DNA of 64,000 nucleotides from Convolutriloba macropyga (taxonomy: Eukaryota): positions 76,632,001-76,696,000 of the forward strand of contig NC_134472.1 in assembly GCF_964194025.1 (NCBI RefSeq), read 5' to 3'. The notes beneath the pieces are model-generated. The model was given only the letters and a program-made list of their open reading frames with translations, did no database searches and was not told the DNA's origin. Shown here piece by piece: positions 40,801 to 52,804 of this stretch (position 1 is the first letter of the stretch; every line of letters starts with the position of its first letter). The translations under genes were made by a program, and so were the position numbers.

Positions 40801-41529
40801 TAAGCATGTCGAGCTCAGCATTGCAAAGGCTACAAAACTTTCAAAAATTTTTGAAAGCGTAGTGTTCCAATCGGAGTTTATGTTTCTAGAAGAAAACTTT
40901 TATATAAATCGATGGTGTCGTCTATTTTGGAGTACGGTTCGCGTGCGTGGTATCCTTCAATTTTGGCACTGCGAAAGTTGGAAAAGTTTCAACACCGCTG
41001 TCTCAAATGAGTTCTGAATTGTAATAAGTCTTACCTTGTAAGTTTGAAAGTCTTGGACATCTTGCCCGTTTCTTTTCATTTAATAAGAACAGACCTACTC
41101 TTTCTATGGAAATTACTAAATGGTTTTTTGATTCAAATCTTAATGTAATTTTTTTCAACTCGACATCAAGAAACCATCACTTTGGACATTTTTAAATTTC
41201 AAAAAAAGGAAATTTAGGACAGATGGGAAGTTTTCGAATCGATCTCAACGTGCCGCAAATCATCTGATGCGAATGAAGATTATCGACTTTGACATGCCTA
41301 AATGTTAGTTTACGTATGCAATTGACCAGTCTTTACGCACTCGAATTGAATACTTTGACCTGGAAAACTCATGTCCTTTTTATATGAAATGCTGTTGCAC
41401 TTTTTGCAGAACATAGCCCTAATTTAATCACCTTTTGATCTGTAAAAGTTGTTTTCAGCATTCTTTGTACGCTTTTACATTCTTCCGTATCAAGGAATTG
41501 AGTCTTTTACTACTACCACTACTACTAAT
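37863..41529 (+). mobile_element. Degraded CR1/L2-group LINE (ORF1, APE endonuclease, RT, microsatellite tail)
   Basis: ORF1 remnants LKIIGVPE...RLGKYNAEKSRPIL; APE remnants FYIPP, LGDYNFPGIDW, PTHSRGNNLDLVLS, TDHKVI; RT NYRPISIL, YFDVKKAFDSVSH, SGVPQGSVL, LYCDDLKL; (TAC)n tail at 41508-41529; many stops and frameshifts. Confidence 0.92.
38880..41415 (+). pseudogene. LINE ORF2 (endonuclease-reverse transcriptase) pseudogene; longest fragment 39959-40612
   Basis: Frameshifted fragments 39681-40088, 39959-40612 and 40655-41017 carry consecutive RT motifs. Confidence 0.92.
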
Positions 41530-41807
41530 CAGAGATCTATTTTCCTTTCTAACACATATCAACCTTGTGTCAGTCATAAATCAGGTAATAAATAAAGTTT
41601 TAAACTAAATCTTTAACCTTGAAACCCAAGTTTTTTTTGTAAACCTTTTTTTAAATACGTGTGAAACTCACACTGACCCCCTCCTAACAAGAACAGAGTG
41701 CACCACTCTCTCAATTTCAAAAAAAATTTCATTCATAGATCTTGTTATATGAACCTTTTACTATACAAAACCTTTGTATATTCATATGGAAAGTTTAATT
41801 ATCAGTT

Positions 41808-42690
41808 TTAGTTCTTCATAATTTTTTCTGCCTCTTCAAGTCCAAATATGTACGCTTCCCGTGCCGTATCATTTGTCAGAAATTGATAAGCCCGGTTGAT
41901 GGTATTGAAGAATTCTTTGTCTCCACTATTATCAGTGTGAGTCAACAGGCTCCTTTTGTGGTAGTGATTCTTGATCTGATCTTTTGAAGCAGAACTTTTT
42001 ACCAACAAAATATCGTATAGCGTTGCAGGTCGGTTCATAATATTTTTGTTCCGAATTTCGGATAAACATTTCTCTGTGGCCTTTTTTTTGGCTTTTTCGT
42101 TTCTAAGAGTACTCTTTTGTCGATCAATGAGAGCATCTTTTTTCGGCATTCGTTGGCCAAATATTAGTTGTAGTGTTCCAGCTGCTCAAGCTCTCGCCTC
42201 AATGGATTATTCATTTTCTCCATATTTTCGATGGTTTTAACCTTCGTAGCAGCTTTTACTTTCAAATTGGCCCACTCTTGCTTCAATACCTCGATGGATT
42301 GCTCCTGTTCAGCATTTCTGGCTGATGCTGCTTTAAATTATCTCGTAACGCCTCACACTGGGCACTCCATTTGACCAAGACTTCTTTTGTTTCCTCTTTG
42401 GTCTTCTTGCTATTGTTATCCATTTCCTGTTGAAGCTCGACGAGGTCTTTTTGAAATTAAGAGTTAGTAGTCTTCAACTTTTCTAACTGCAAGCACTGGT
42501 TTTGCTGTTCCACTTCAGTCTGCAGAGCACGCGACCGAGTATTGGCCTGTGTCATATGTTCTGACGCATATACTTTCCGGGTCCATGACAGACAAGAATC
42601 TACTCCGTACACTCCCAGGGAAATCTCGGAAATAACTTTCCACAATTCTGGCATGCAGCACACATATTCACCAATCTCTGGAATCTAGTT
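41808..42690 (-). pseudogene. Coiled-coil protein with C-terminal DnaJ (J) domain, degraded and intronless
   Basis: TLYDILLVKSSASKDQIKNHYHKRSLLTHTDNSGDKEFFNTINRAYQFLTNDTAREAY is a J-domain with HPD changed to HTD; upstream broken frames read as an E/Q/K-rich coiled coil. Confidence 0.8.
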
Positions 42691-42724
42691 ACACGCTATA
42701 TTGGAAAAAGAACCCTTTTTGCTT

Positions 42725-43020
42725 CTAAAGTTTCTCGATATTTTCAACCTTGAGCTCAATATTTTTCATTTTTCTCCTTTCTTTTTTTGGTCTCGAACTC
42801 GAGACGTTCCCATTTTTTTTGGTCTCGAACTCAAGACAATTTTTTGTGGTCTTGAACTCAAGAGATTGCCCTTCTTCTGTTTTTTTTCTGTCTTGAACTC
42901 AAGAATACTTTTTTGTTCTAGTACTAGAGACGTTTCTTCCTTTTTGAACTTGAACTCAAGACAACTCATTTTTCTTTTTCTTTTTTTTTCTTTTTTTTTA
43001 GTCTCGAACTTGAGACGTTT
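42725..43020. repeat. Array of ~7-8 imperfect 16-bp palindromes GTCTCGAACTCGAGAC separated by T-rich spacers
   Basis: Copies near 42790, 42822, 42849, 42890, 42916, 42948 and 43001. Confidence 0.85.
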
Positions 43021-44815
43021 CTTTCTTTTTTAAACAACTGTCTCTATTAAGGTCTCTTTTTCTTCAATCATTTTCTTTTGTTTTCGGCGTTCATTTATTA
43101 GTTTGTGTAATTGATTAAACATACGTGTTCCCGTTATTGGGTCAAGATTCCGCAATAGTTGTTGCCAAGACGCTCAATTAATAACTAATACTAGGTAAAT
43201 GAACAATTTAGGAAAATTTTTCACAAATTGAAAAATGAGGTAGACTGTTAAGACTGACACAGAATTGTCCTTCTTTTTTAACCAAATGTTTAAGCTTTCG
43301 GTTCTTAAATTCCAAAAAAATTGTTATTTCGTTTGTTTTTAAAATTCTTGTTTGAACTAGTCGTTCCAATGAATAAAATTTTCATGACTGTATTTTCAAT
43401 CCGAATCTTGGAATGCTTCCCAACTGATAGTTCCTTAACAATTATGGCGAATTATTCGAGCAATTTGATCAATTTTACATCTGATGTGGAGAAAAGGCTG
43501 CGATGCTGGTTTTCATCACTTACATTTAAGTTACTATTCATCGACATTTGATATATCTCACGATTAAATTTCTTCAGCGTTTCTCCATATTGTTGAAAGC
43601 TGGCGTCTTCTAATTTGACAACGTTTGGGTAAAGCGGGTTCCATGCAGCGATTATATAATTATGATACAATATTTTTGTATTAGGGTCCATATATCTAAT
43701 AGAAAAAAAATCTGACCCTCTACTAACACAGGAACTTCTTCTGTGCAAAAATGAATTTTAGTTTATGTTGCTACCATCATGGCACATTTCTGAACATATT
43801 ACACAGATCCTGCTCTTTCAACGCGAGTTCCTTTCTAGAAGAGCATTACTGATGGACTAACAATTTTTTTTGATAATTCAATCATTGTCTGAATTCTCTG
43901 TCGTTGAATCTCGCATCGGAGCGTTCGAATTTTCATAAAAAGTCTCCCTCTCTTTGAGATGTTCGAAATAAAAGGTGTCAACAACGCATGAAAGAAACAA
44001 TTACATGATTATTTTAAGATTACCAGCTTTCAGTTCTGAACTTCCTTCGGAGTAGATAACACTTGGAACTCCGGTTGTTTTCACATGCTGTCCACTTAAA
44101 CTAATTGCTTTTTCCTCTGAGATTTCTAAAGCGAAATCTTAATCTTTGTTTTTGTGTAAAATTTTTTGCTGATAAAAGTGGTCTTGTTGTTACCAAAAAA
44201 TTTTGCAGGGTCCTCCCTAGTAAAGTGTTTGATCGTTTGACATGTTTGATTACCTTGATTTTCGAAAACATAGTTTACTAAGTCGTCTTCAAAATGTGTG
44301 GTTCTGATAAAAAACAGTTTTCGGGAAACCTAGGGGATCCTAAAAATTTAATAGGTTTCTTTGTAGCAGCATCCACTAAAATGTTCCGATGAAATTTTTT
44401 GCATTGATTACCAATTTTCCAATAAATTCTTTCTCCTGTTGGTGAAACCCACTCTACAGGCTCTGCATACATAGCGCCATCGCGCTTTTTTTTGCCATGA
44501 AGCTTTGACTATGCTCTTCGACATAAGTGGTTTCGCTGACCTGTCGTAAAATTGTTTCAGTTACCGACCTGTTGACTTTAAATGTCCTATCTCCAAAACC
44601 TGGTATGGTTTTTTTGGAGATAGGACCTTTAAATTTTGCCAATACCTGGCAATATTTTTGTTCTGCCAAATGTTCCTACAAACTCCCCAATTTAAAGGGT
44701 TTATTGATTTTAGTAGTCTTGATTTTTCTGTGAGAAAAACAACGTCGTCATATACTTTGCTTTTTTAAAGTGCCGGCACTATATATGACGCTTCAAACAT
44801 TCAAAATATTAGTTT

Positions 44816-45015
44816 NNNNNNNNNNNNNNNNNNNNNNNNNNNNNNNNNNNNNNNNNNNNNNNNNNNNNNNNNNNNNNNNNNNNNNNNNNNNNNNNNNNNN
44901 NNNNNNNNNNNNNNNNNNNNNNNNNNNNNNNNNNNNNNNNNNNNNNNNNNNNNNNNNNNNNNNNNNNNNNNNNNNNNNNNNNNNNNNNNNNNNNNNNNNN
45001 NNNNNNNNNNNNNNN
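44816..45015. other. Assembly gap (200 N)
   Basis: Run of N. Confidence 1.
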
Positions 45016-45159
45016 GAGCATCATTACCAGGTTTTAGGAAAAAAAATATATAAAGCGGGAAAACGTAACCTAAGCTAATAACCTAGCTAATACTATATCT
45101 AATGCTATAGCTAATACTACAGTTATGGTTAAACTATAAAACTAGATCACCCCATCCAA

Positions 45160-45757
45160 TTCTTAATTTGCCATCAATATTTTCACCTTTAAACACGTCA
45201 ATAACAAAAAAATATGTGGGTTTTTTTTCCGAACATCCTTACCGATTCTAATAAAATCTCTATAACTGAGTTTCTCCTTCATTATTAATGTCCATGGTAA
45301 AATTGTTTTCAAGTACCTTACTTCTTTGTTTGAATAATATGAATAGATTACAGTTTTATCTAACTTTTTGCCTAATAGTAGAAAATAAGTTCTGACTAAG
45401 ATAGAATATGTTACAATTATTACGTCTTCCTCTACAGAAATACCGTTTTTTTATAGGTAATTTAGGAGAAAAATTATCAAATATCGTTAGATTCTATTGT
45501 GTTTTATCTAGATCTTCTGGTTTAACCAAGTTATTCATATCTAATATGAATAGAGTCTTTGCACCAACGTTGGCAATATACTCATATTGAGCTCCAGTTG
45601 GACCTATTATATATAAATTGTCAATATCTAAATTGTTTGAGATGAGGTTCTTCAATAGATATGGCCACATTCACTTGGACCTGATATCATACATCTAAAA
45701 ATAAGTGGTACTGGTGGTTTTAAGAGTTTGTTTGAGATAGGATATAAATTATGACAT
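45160..45757 (-). pseudogene. A32/FtsK-like packaging ATPase type 1, copy a
   Basis: PPVPLIFRCMISGPSECG (Walker A region), IFDN (Walker B position), YFCRGRRNNCNIFYLSQN, VR.NCNLFILFKQ; paralogous to 47440-47985. Confidence 0.8.
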
Positions 45758-45771
45758 CTGTGGGTCATTGT

Positions 45772-46370
45772 CTAGCCGCTTCTGCCGCTTCTGTTTCTCT
45801 TTAGTATTAACTTAAAGCCTATTCCATATATAATCTTCTCTAAATCTTTTATAAATCCAAATAGATTTTTTATTTTAATCATCAAATACTTATGACTTAT
45901 TATTGCACCTCGATAATCACTTTTTAATTGACTATTTCTTTCTCTTTGATCATCTCTAACAAAACAGCTTTCACATTTATCGTCAGTGCTTGTTAGTAAT
46001 TTATACATTAAAAGATTGGGATGAAAATGATCTATATATTTGATAGTTTTACCAATAAAAATTTTTTGGTATAAGAGAACTAATAATACCATTCTACCAT
46101 AGTTTATTTATCTAACAATGGCATCATTAGTTATTGCCCCACCAGCATTCTTTGAAACCATAAACTCTATCTATAAATGAGAGTGATATTTGTTTATATG
46201 ATTTTATTCTCTACTAATTAAAATATTAATATTATTATTTACTGTTTTCATTGTTGCTAGAATATTTGGTTCATAACTTATTATCTTGGCATTGCTTATG
46301 TCATTGTTATACATATATTGTTTTTCTAAGTCAAAGTCGAATTTTGTAGTATAAATATTCAGCTTTATTT
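45772..46370 (-). pseudogene. Polinton-type major capsid protein, N-terminal half
   Basis: NNNINILISRE...IEF.V...GKTIKYIDHFHPNLLMYKLLTS...IKIKNLFGFIKDLEKIIYGIGFKLILKRN; the 'LFGF..D..KII.G..L.L.RN' motif is typical of Polinton/adintovirus MCP; truncated at ~45772. Confidence 0.75.
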
Positions 46371-46519
46371 TAGTTATTGTAATAGCTATAGTTATACCTG
46401 AGTCTATAGATAAAGGTGTAACCATAACTATAGCTAAGACTATGGCTAAGACAATAACAATAGCTATAACTATGGTTAAAGCAGTAACTATATCTATTGC
46501 TCTGGTGACAGACAACCTA

Positions 46520-47268
46520 ATCATACATGAACAAAAAATATACATAAAGCTTTAATTGAAACTAACGACTAGCATTTTTCCAACTTTAGAATGGTGAAGT
46601 CAACACAAAGATTTAACTTAATACGCGCCTATGCTTAATACAGTAAAATTGGGGTTAATTAGCATATCAGTTTGTAATTCGGTGTTTAATGTGAACAGAA
46701 GGGACAATCAATTTTTATATAGAGTAGATAATGAATTAAATGTAAATTCTACTTGTAAAGTTTCACTTGATTGTGACGTAATTATTTTTATAGTACCTGG
46801 AGCAGATGGATCAGCTGAAAAAGCAGAAATAATAAAAAAGAAACTGAGGGTAATGTTATAATTCAAGGAGATAAAAATACAATGAAATGTATGATGGAAA
46901 TAAAACGAGGTGCAATTAGTTTTGATGTAGACAACTCAAAAGCATCATTACCAGGATTTAGGAAAAAGTTATATAAAGAGGGAAAATGTACAATTCAAAA
47001 ACTTTTTGATAATATGGGTTTTAATACTATTAACATTCACTGTAAAGTGGCATCTGGCGTTAGTGATAATAGTAATGATAAGACAAACTATATTCTTTAA
47101 ACCTAATGGGGCCACCGGGTTACATGATAAACAATATACCTACTAATATGTAAGATTAAATTTTAACTAAAGAAGGAATAGAATATGTAGCGTTTCATAT
47201 TAGAGATGAGCAAGAAAGACAAACTGACTTTAATGGCGATGTATTGAGATTTAATTACATCTGACGTA
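46520..47268 (+). pseudogene. Polinton-type minor capsid (penton-like) protein
   Basis: GLISISVCNSVFNV...NTINIHCKVASGV.DN...PPGYMIN..PTN...IEYVAFHIRDEQERQTDFNGDVL.F.LHL; a second fragment lies at 45016-45066. Confidence 0.78.
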
Positions 47269-47439
47269 GTCAGCTGGTGGAAGTCCCCTCTAGTTTAAGT
47301 AGTAGCTAATGCTATAGCTAATACTATAGCTTAAACTATAGCTAATACCAAAGCTAATACTCTAGCTAATACTATAGCTAATGCTATAGCTAATACTACA
47401 GTTATGGTTCAACTATAAAACTACATCAACCCTTCCAAT

Positions 47440-48228
47440 TCTTAATTTGCCATCAATATTTTCACCTTTAAACACATCAATAATAATAAAAATATGTGGG
47501 TTTTTTCCGAACATCCTTACCCATTCTAATAAAATCTCTATAACTGAGTTCTCCTTCATTAATAATGTCATGGTAAATTGTTTCAAGTACCTTACCTCTT
47601 TGTTTGAATAATATGAATAGATTACAGTTTTCTCTAACTTTTTGACTATAAGTCGAAAATATGTTACAATTTTTACGCCTTCCTCTACAGAAATACCGAT
47701 TCATTATAGGTAATTTAGGAGAAATATCATCAAACATCGTTAGATTCTATTGTGTTTTATCTAGATCTTCCGGTTTAACCAACTCATTCATAGCTAATAT
47801 GAATAGAATCTTTGCACCACCTTTGGACCGATTATATATAAATTGTCAATATCTATATTGTTTAGGAAGAGGTTCTTCAATAGATATGGCCACCTTCATT
47901 TGGACCTGATATCATACATCTAAAAATGTGTGGTACTTGTGGTTTTAAAATTTTGTTTCAGATAAGATATAAATTATGACATCTGTGGGTCTTTGTCTAG
48001 CCACTTCATGAGCTCGATGATCCGCGAAGTAGTTTTGCTGATCAAATATGTTATATGTGAAGGAGCTCCGCTCGTCGATGGGTCTCCAAACAGCCACTTC
48101 GAGGTTGGGGAAGCAAGGGCGGAGCCCCTTCCCTGATTTTCTGTGACATTTATGATAATATCTAGGAAAACTACGAAGCAGGTTGTTGAACCACGAGCGG
48201 AGCCCCCTTCTCTGACTGTCCATGACAT
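47440..48228 (-). pseudogene. A32/FtsK-like packaging ATPase type 1, copy b (possible N-terminal extension 47974-48228)
   Basis: FRCMISGPNEGG; MFDD (Walker B); YFCRGRRKNCN; KVRENCNLFILFKQ (ORF 47477-47737). Confidence 0.82.
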
Positions 48229-48261
48229 TATTTTTATATTTAACTATACATCTTCGTAATA

Positions 48262-48685
48262 CTAAATGATTTAATGCATATTAAATACAAAATCCTATAC
48301 TCGTTAGATAAATCATGTATAAACAAAAAGCTCTTCAGTTAGTCTCACTATCTTGCTGTATAATATCATCGGAACCTATAATAGTATAATTTTGTAAAAA
48401 ATATTGGTGGTTTTTCTCTGATCTGCCTATCAAAATAATAAATTCCTCCTAAACTATCTTTTGATAAAACTAAAACGACTAAAACGCAAAGTGTGCGCTC
48501 AGTTGGATTTAAATAACAATTATATTATGATCTATATTCTTAATGGATTTTGGCTCTTCATCTCGCATTATTACTTCTATTGGATTTATACTTATCTGTT
48601 CTCATTTGTTCAGTAGTTTAATATTACTCATAGCTTGATTCTCAGTAGTATATTTGAAAAAACTTCTTCAAAAGTTAAAACATTC
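48262..48685 (-). pseudogene. Adenain-like (C5) cysteine protease remnant, missing from the ORF track
   Basis: Manual translation across frameshifts: MSNIKL...VIMRDE...NPTE/THF..VVL...GIYYFD...KPP...IQQDSETN*RAFCLYMIYL, matching adenain THW...YFDSFG..PP...Q...CG.FCL, with the catalytic Cys position now TGA (~48335). Confidence 0.72.
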
Positions 48686-48813
48686 AATTTTAATTATAAA
48701 AATGTCTCGTTTTAAAATTATTTTTTTTTCAATTCTAGTTCTTGTGAGTATAATATTTCCAAAAATCGTCCTATAATAAGTATAAGGTTTTCAGAAATAC
48801 CTTTGGGGGGTTG

Positions 48814-50261
48814 ATGGAAAATTAATTAAAACAGTTCAAGACTGAAGAGTCGATTTTACATGCTTCTTTTTATGTTTCTATGGGATTGGGAAAAACATAT
48901 TTTGTGAAGAGGAATTTAGAGTAAAATGCGAGTGAAGATCCACGAAGCGGCATCGCCGATAAAGATAAAAACGCCTTGGGTCTTGTTACCCAAACTTCAA
49001 CTGAAGATAAAGATTCTCGAAACGCTTTTGCCGATAAAGATAAAAAACAACTACACCCAAAGATGGGGATCCACAAAACGGCTTCCCCGATCAGGGAACC
49101 TCCTTTGCAGATAAAGATAAATATAAAACTACAACTACAACAAAAATTAAAACCTATATCAAAGTTGATACTAATTTATTTTGTAAGGATGCGGATGGAT
49201 ATAGTATTGGTGATATTGATGATTTATTAACAGGTGATACAGAACAATTTGAAGATAAATTTTTCGTTTTAGATGATATGGGTAACAAGTTAAAGAAAAG
49301 GGATAACACAATTCTTCACAATTGGTATAACTGAAAATATAAAGTTGGTTGTAATGTGTCATAAATCTGCTCAGAAAGACAATATGGATAAGGCTAATAC
49401 AGATACTGTTCATAATACTTGTTACAATGATCAGGCAATCTTAAATAATAATAAAGTTGCCTTTCAATGTAAACATGACTTTCATGAAATATGAAAAGGA
49501 TATGGATATGATATGACAAAATTTTTTCAAAAAGAAGAAACATATATTGTAGTAGATAACGATAGGTAAAAATTATGATTCAGAAGTGGTTAGTTTTAAT
49601 GTAAAAATTTCAAAAGGTTAATTTTACTATAAAAGAAGATGAATGAGATAAATAAATAATATTTTTGAGAATCAGTTGATTGAAAACAGATGAAGACAAA
49701 GAATTCATTGGTAAATATAATTATAAGTTCTACATAGTAGAGTATTTGAAGTTTAAAGGTATTACTCCAAAATTTATTGAAATTAATAAATTGTATGAAT
49801 TTTTTCATACTACCACAGTAAATGACTCCTTGTGGTGGTTTATATTTTATATATTCTCTGGTGATCGGGAAGAGAAAGAAATAGAGCAATTAGCTAATAA
49901 ACTGGTGTAGTTTGTGATCGAGTTGCTAGAAATGCTCGTGGTTGGAGTGAAGAGAAAATTGGGGATAAAAATTTAGCTCAAGTGAAAGATCACCTGATCA
50001 GCAAGATAAAAAATGAATAAAAGATCCGGCTAAAAATGAGGAAACTGAGTATAAACAAGTTATTTAAAATAATGAAGTTGATACTAGTACTACCGCTAGT
50101 CAGACACCATCTGTGGATGATGCTAAACCACGCAGTTACAATCAAAGTTATCAATTTGAAGAATGTACAGATAAAAGAAATGGACTATTAAGGAAAAAAT
50201 TCTTTATTAACTTTTTTGAATGGTTAAAGAAATTTTTTTGCAAAGTAGTAAGTAAAAATAT
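48814..50261 (+). pseudogene. Second, distinct P-loop ATPase (A32-like) with C-terminal extension, copy a
   Basis: HASFYVSMGLGKTYFVK (Walker A), FFVLDDMG (Walker B), QFFTIG.TENIKLVVMCHK; many stops. Confidence 0.7.
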
Positions 50262-50481
50262 TCTATATTCTTAATGGTCTCTTCATCTCGCAATATTACT
50301 TCTATTGGTTTTATACTTATCTGTTCTCATTTGTTCAGTAGTTTATTATTACTCAAAGCTTGATTCTCAGTAGTATATGTGAAAAAAACTTTTTTTTTCA
50401 ATTCTAGTTCTTGTGAGTATAATATTTCCAAAATCGTACTATAATAAGTAAAAGGTCTTCAAAAATTACTTTGGGGGGTTG

Positions 50482-51931
50482 ATGGAAAATTAATTAAAAC
50501 AGTTCAAGACTGAAGAGTCGATTTTACATGCTTCTTTTTATGTTTCTATGGGATTGGGAAAAACATATTTTGTGAAGAGGAATTTAGAGTAAAATCCGAG
50601 TGAAGATCCACGAAGCGGCATCGCCGATAAAGATAGAAACGCCTTGGGTCTTGTTACCCAAACTTCAACTGAAGATAAAGATTCTCGAAACGCTTTTGCC
50701 GATAAAGATAAAAAACAACTACACCCAAAGATGGGGATCCACAAAACGGCTTCCCCGATCAGGGAACCTCCTTTGCAGATAAACACAAATATAAAACTAC
50801 AATTACAACAAAAATTAAAACCTATATCAAAGTTGATATTAATTTATTTTGTAAGGATGTGGATGGATATAGTATTGGTGATATTGATGATTTATTAACA
50901 GGTGATACAGAACAATTTGAAGATAAATTTTTCGTTTCAGATGATATGGGTAACAAGTTAAAGAAAAGGGATAACACAATTCTTCACAATTGATATAACC
51001 GAAAATATAAAGCTGGTTGTAATGTGTCATAAATCTGCTCAGAAAGACAATATGGATAAGGCTAATACAGATACTGTTTATAATACTTGTTACAATGATC
51101 AGGCAATCTTAAATAATAATAAAGTTGCCTTTCAATGTAAACATGACTTTCATGAAATATGAAAAGGATATGGATATGATATGACAAAATTTTTTCAAAA
51201 AGAAGAAACATATATTGTAGTAGATAAAGATAGGTAAAAAATTATGATTCAGAAGTGGTTAGTTTTAATGTAAAAATTTCAAAAGCTTAATTTAACTATA
51301 AAAGATGATGAACGAGATAAATAAATAATATTTTTGAGAATCAGTTGATTGAAAACAGATGAAGACAAAGAATTCATTGGTAAATATAATTATAAGTTCT
51401 ACATAGTAGAGTATTTGAAGTTTAAAGGTATTACTCCAAAATTTATTGAAATTAATAAATTGTATGAATTTTTTCATACTACCACAGTAAATGACTCCTT
51501 GTGGTGGTTTATATTTTATATATTGTCTGGTGATCGGGAAGAGAAAGAAATAGAGCAATTAGCTAATACAACTGGTGTAGTTTGTGATCGAGTTGCTAGG
51601 AATGCTCGTGGTTGGAGTGAAGAGGAAATTGGGGATAAAAATTTAGCTCAAGTGAAAGATCACCTGATCAGCAAGATAAAAAATGAATAAAAGGTCGGGC
51701 TAAAGATGGGGAAACTGAGTATAAACAAGTTATTTAAAATAATGAAGTTGATACTAGTACTACCGCTAGTCAGACACCATCTGTGGATGATGCTAAACCA
51801 CCCAGTTACAATCAAAGTTATCAATTTGAAGAATGTACAGATAAAAGAAATGGACTATTAAGGAAAAAATTCTTTATTAACATTTTTGAATGGTTAAAGA
51901 AATTTTTTTGCAAAGCAGTAAGTAAAAATAT
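50482..51931 (+). pseudogene. Second ATPase, copy b (tandem duplication 48532-50261 / 50262-51931)
   Basis: Near-identical ORF pairs 48976/50644 and 49680/51349, offset ~1668; the copies share inactivating lesions. Confidence 0.72.
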
Positions 51932-52804
51932 AAATCCAAAAATTGTTCGTACATAGATTGACAAATATAAAAAAGATAGTTAAAGTAAATACTAAATTGA
52001 TTTTAATAGATAAAAGAAAAAAAATTAAACACTCTTGCCTATTCAAAACTAGGAGGTTTAATAGAACAAAGACAACATGTAAATAAATAATTGAAATTGT
52101 GTCCCATTATTAAATGTAGAAATGTTTAGATTTTGATAAAGAGTTGAAAAATTATTTTACACTAAAGGGGCATCATAATGGTTTCCATATGATCTTAATA
52201 ACAGAGGGTAATGGATGTAATTATAAACAGTATAGCAGTGTTTACGTTGAGATTATTTGTTATAATAAAAAGACTATTCATAAAACTCCGCCTGTAGCTT
52301 TCCAAGCGACTTTAATAAACAGGAGCCCTATCACGGCACTCATTAACAAGTGATAAAATCAAACATCAAAGCTGTTTGGGATGTGCAAGCCACTGACTGA
52401 GTCCGTTAACAGATCAAGCAACCATAAGCAGATTAGTGAAGGGGCCTCTGGCCTTGGTGGTACCCCAACCTACCTCACAGATGGTAAAAAATGTATTAAG
52501 TTTTATATCACTAAAGCTATACTATTAACTGATAAAAACAAAAGTGCTTGAACACAATGTTCAGCAGAAATCATTACCTGTAAAAACTGTCTTTCTCTCA
52601 TTTCTAGAGGTAATAATACAACTCAGGTTAAATAGATCTATATATGCTGCTTGTGCAAGGTTTATAAGCATATATTTTACTTTAGATTTAAAGCACAAAA
52701 ATGCATATTATGTGTTTTTTTTTACAGAGATATAGATTTGCTTATACTTGAAACCAGTTCAGAGACTATGCTCTCAAATATAATATAAAATTATTAACTC
52801 TACC

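Larger units (their letters stand above)
45016..51931. mobile_element. Decayed endogenous Polinton/Maverick- or adintovirus-like element: virion morphogenesis module with internal duplications
   Basis: Recognisable remnants of major capsid, minor capsid, adenain-like protease and two A32-like ATPases in a very AT-rich, intronless block; no pPolB, integrase or TIR seen. Confidence 0.85.

Noticed and set aside
41508-41529. ACTACT as a Polinton terminus
   Set aside because: It directly follows LINE ORF2 in tail position, has the wrong orientation for a left Polinton end, and no matching TIR was found.
42725-43020. CRISPR-like look of the palindrome array
   Set aside because: Repeats are too short and variable, spacers are poly-T, there are no cas genes, and the context is eukaryotic.
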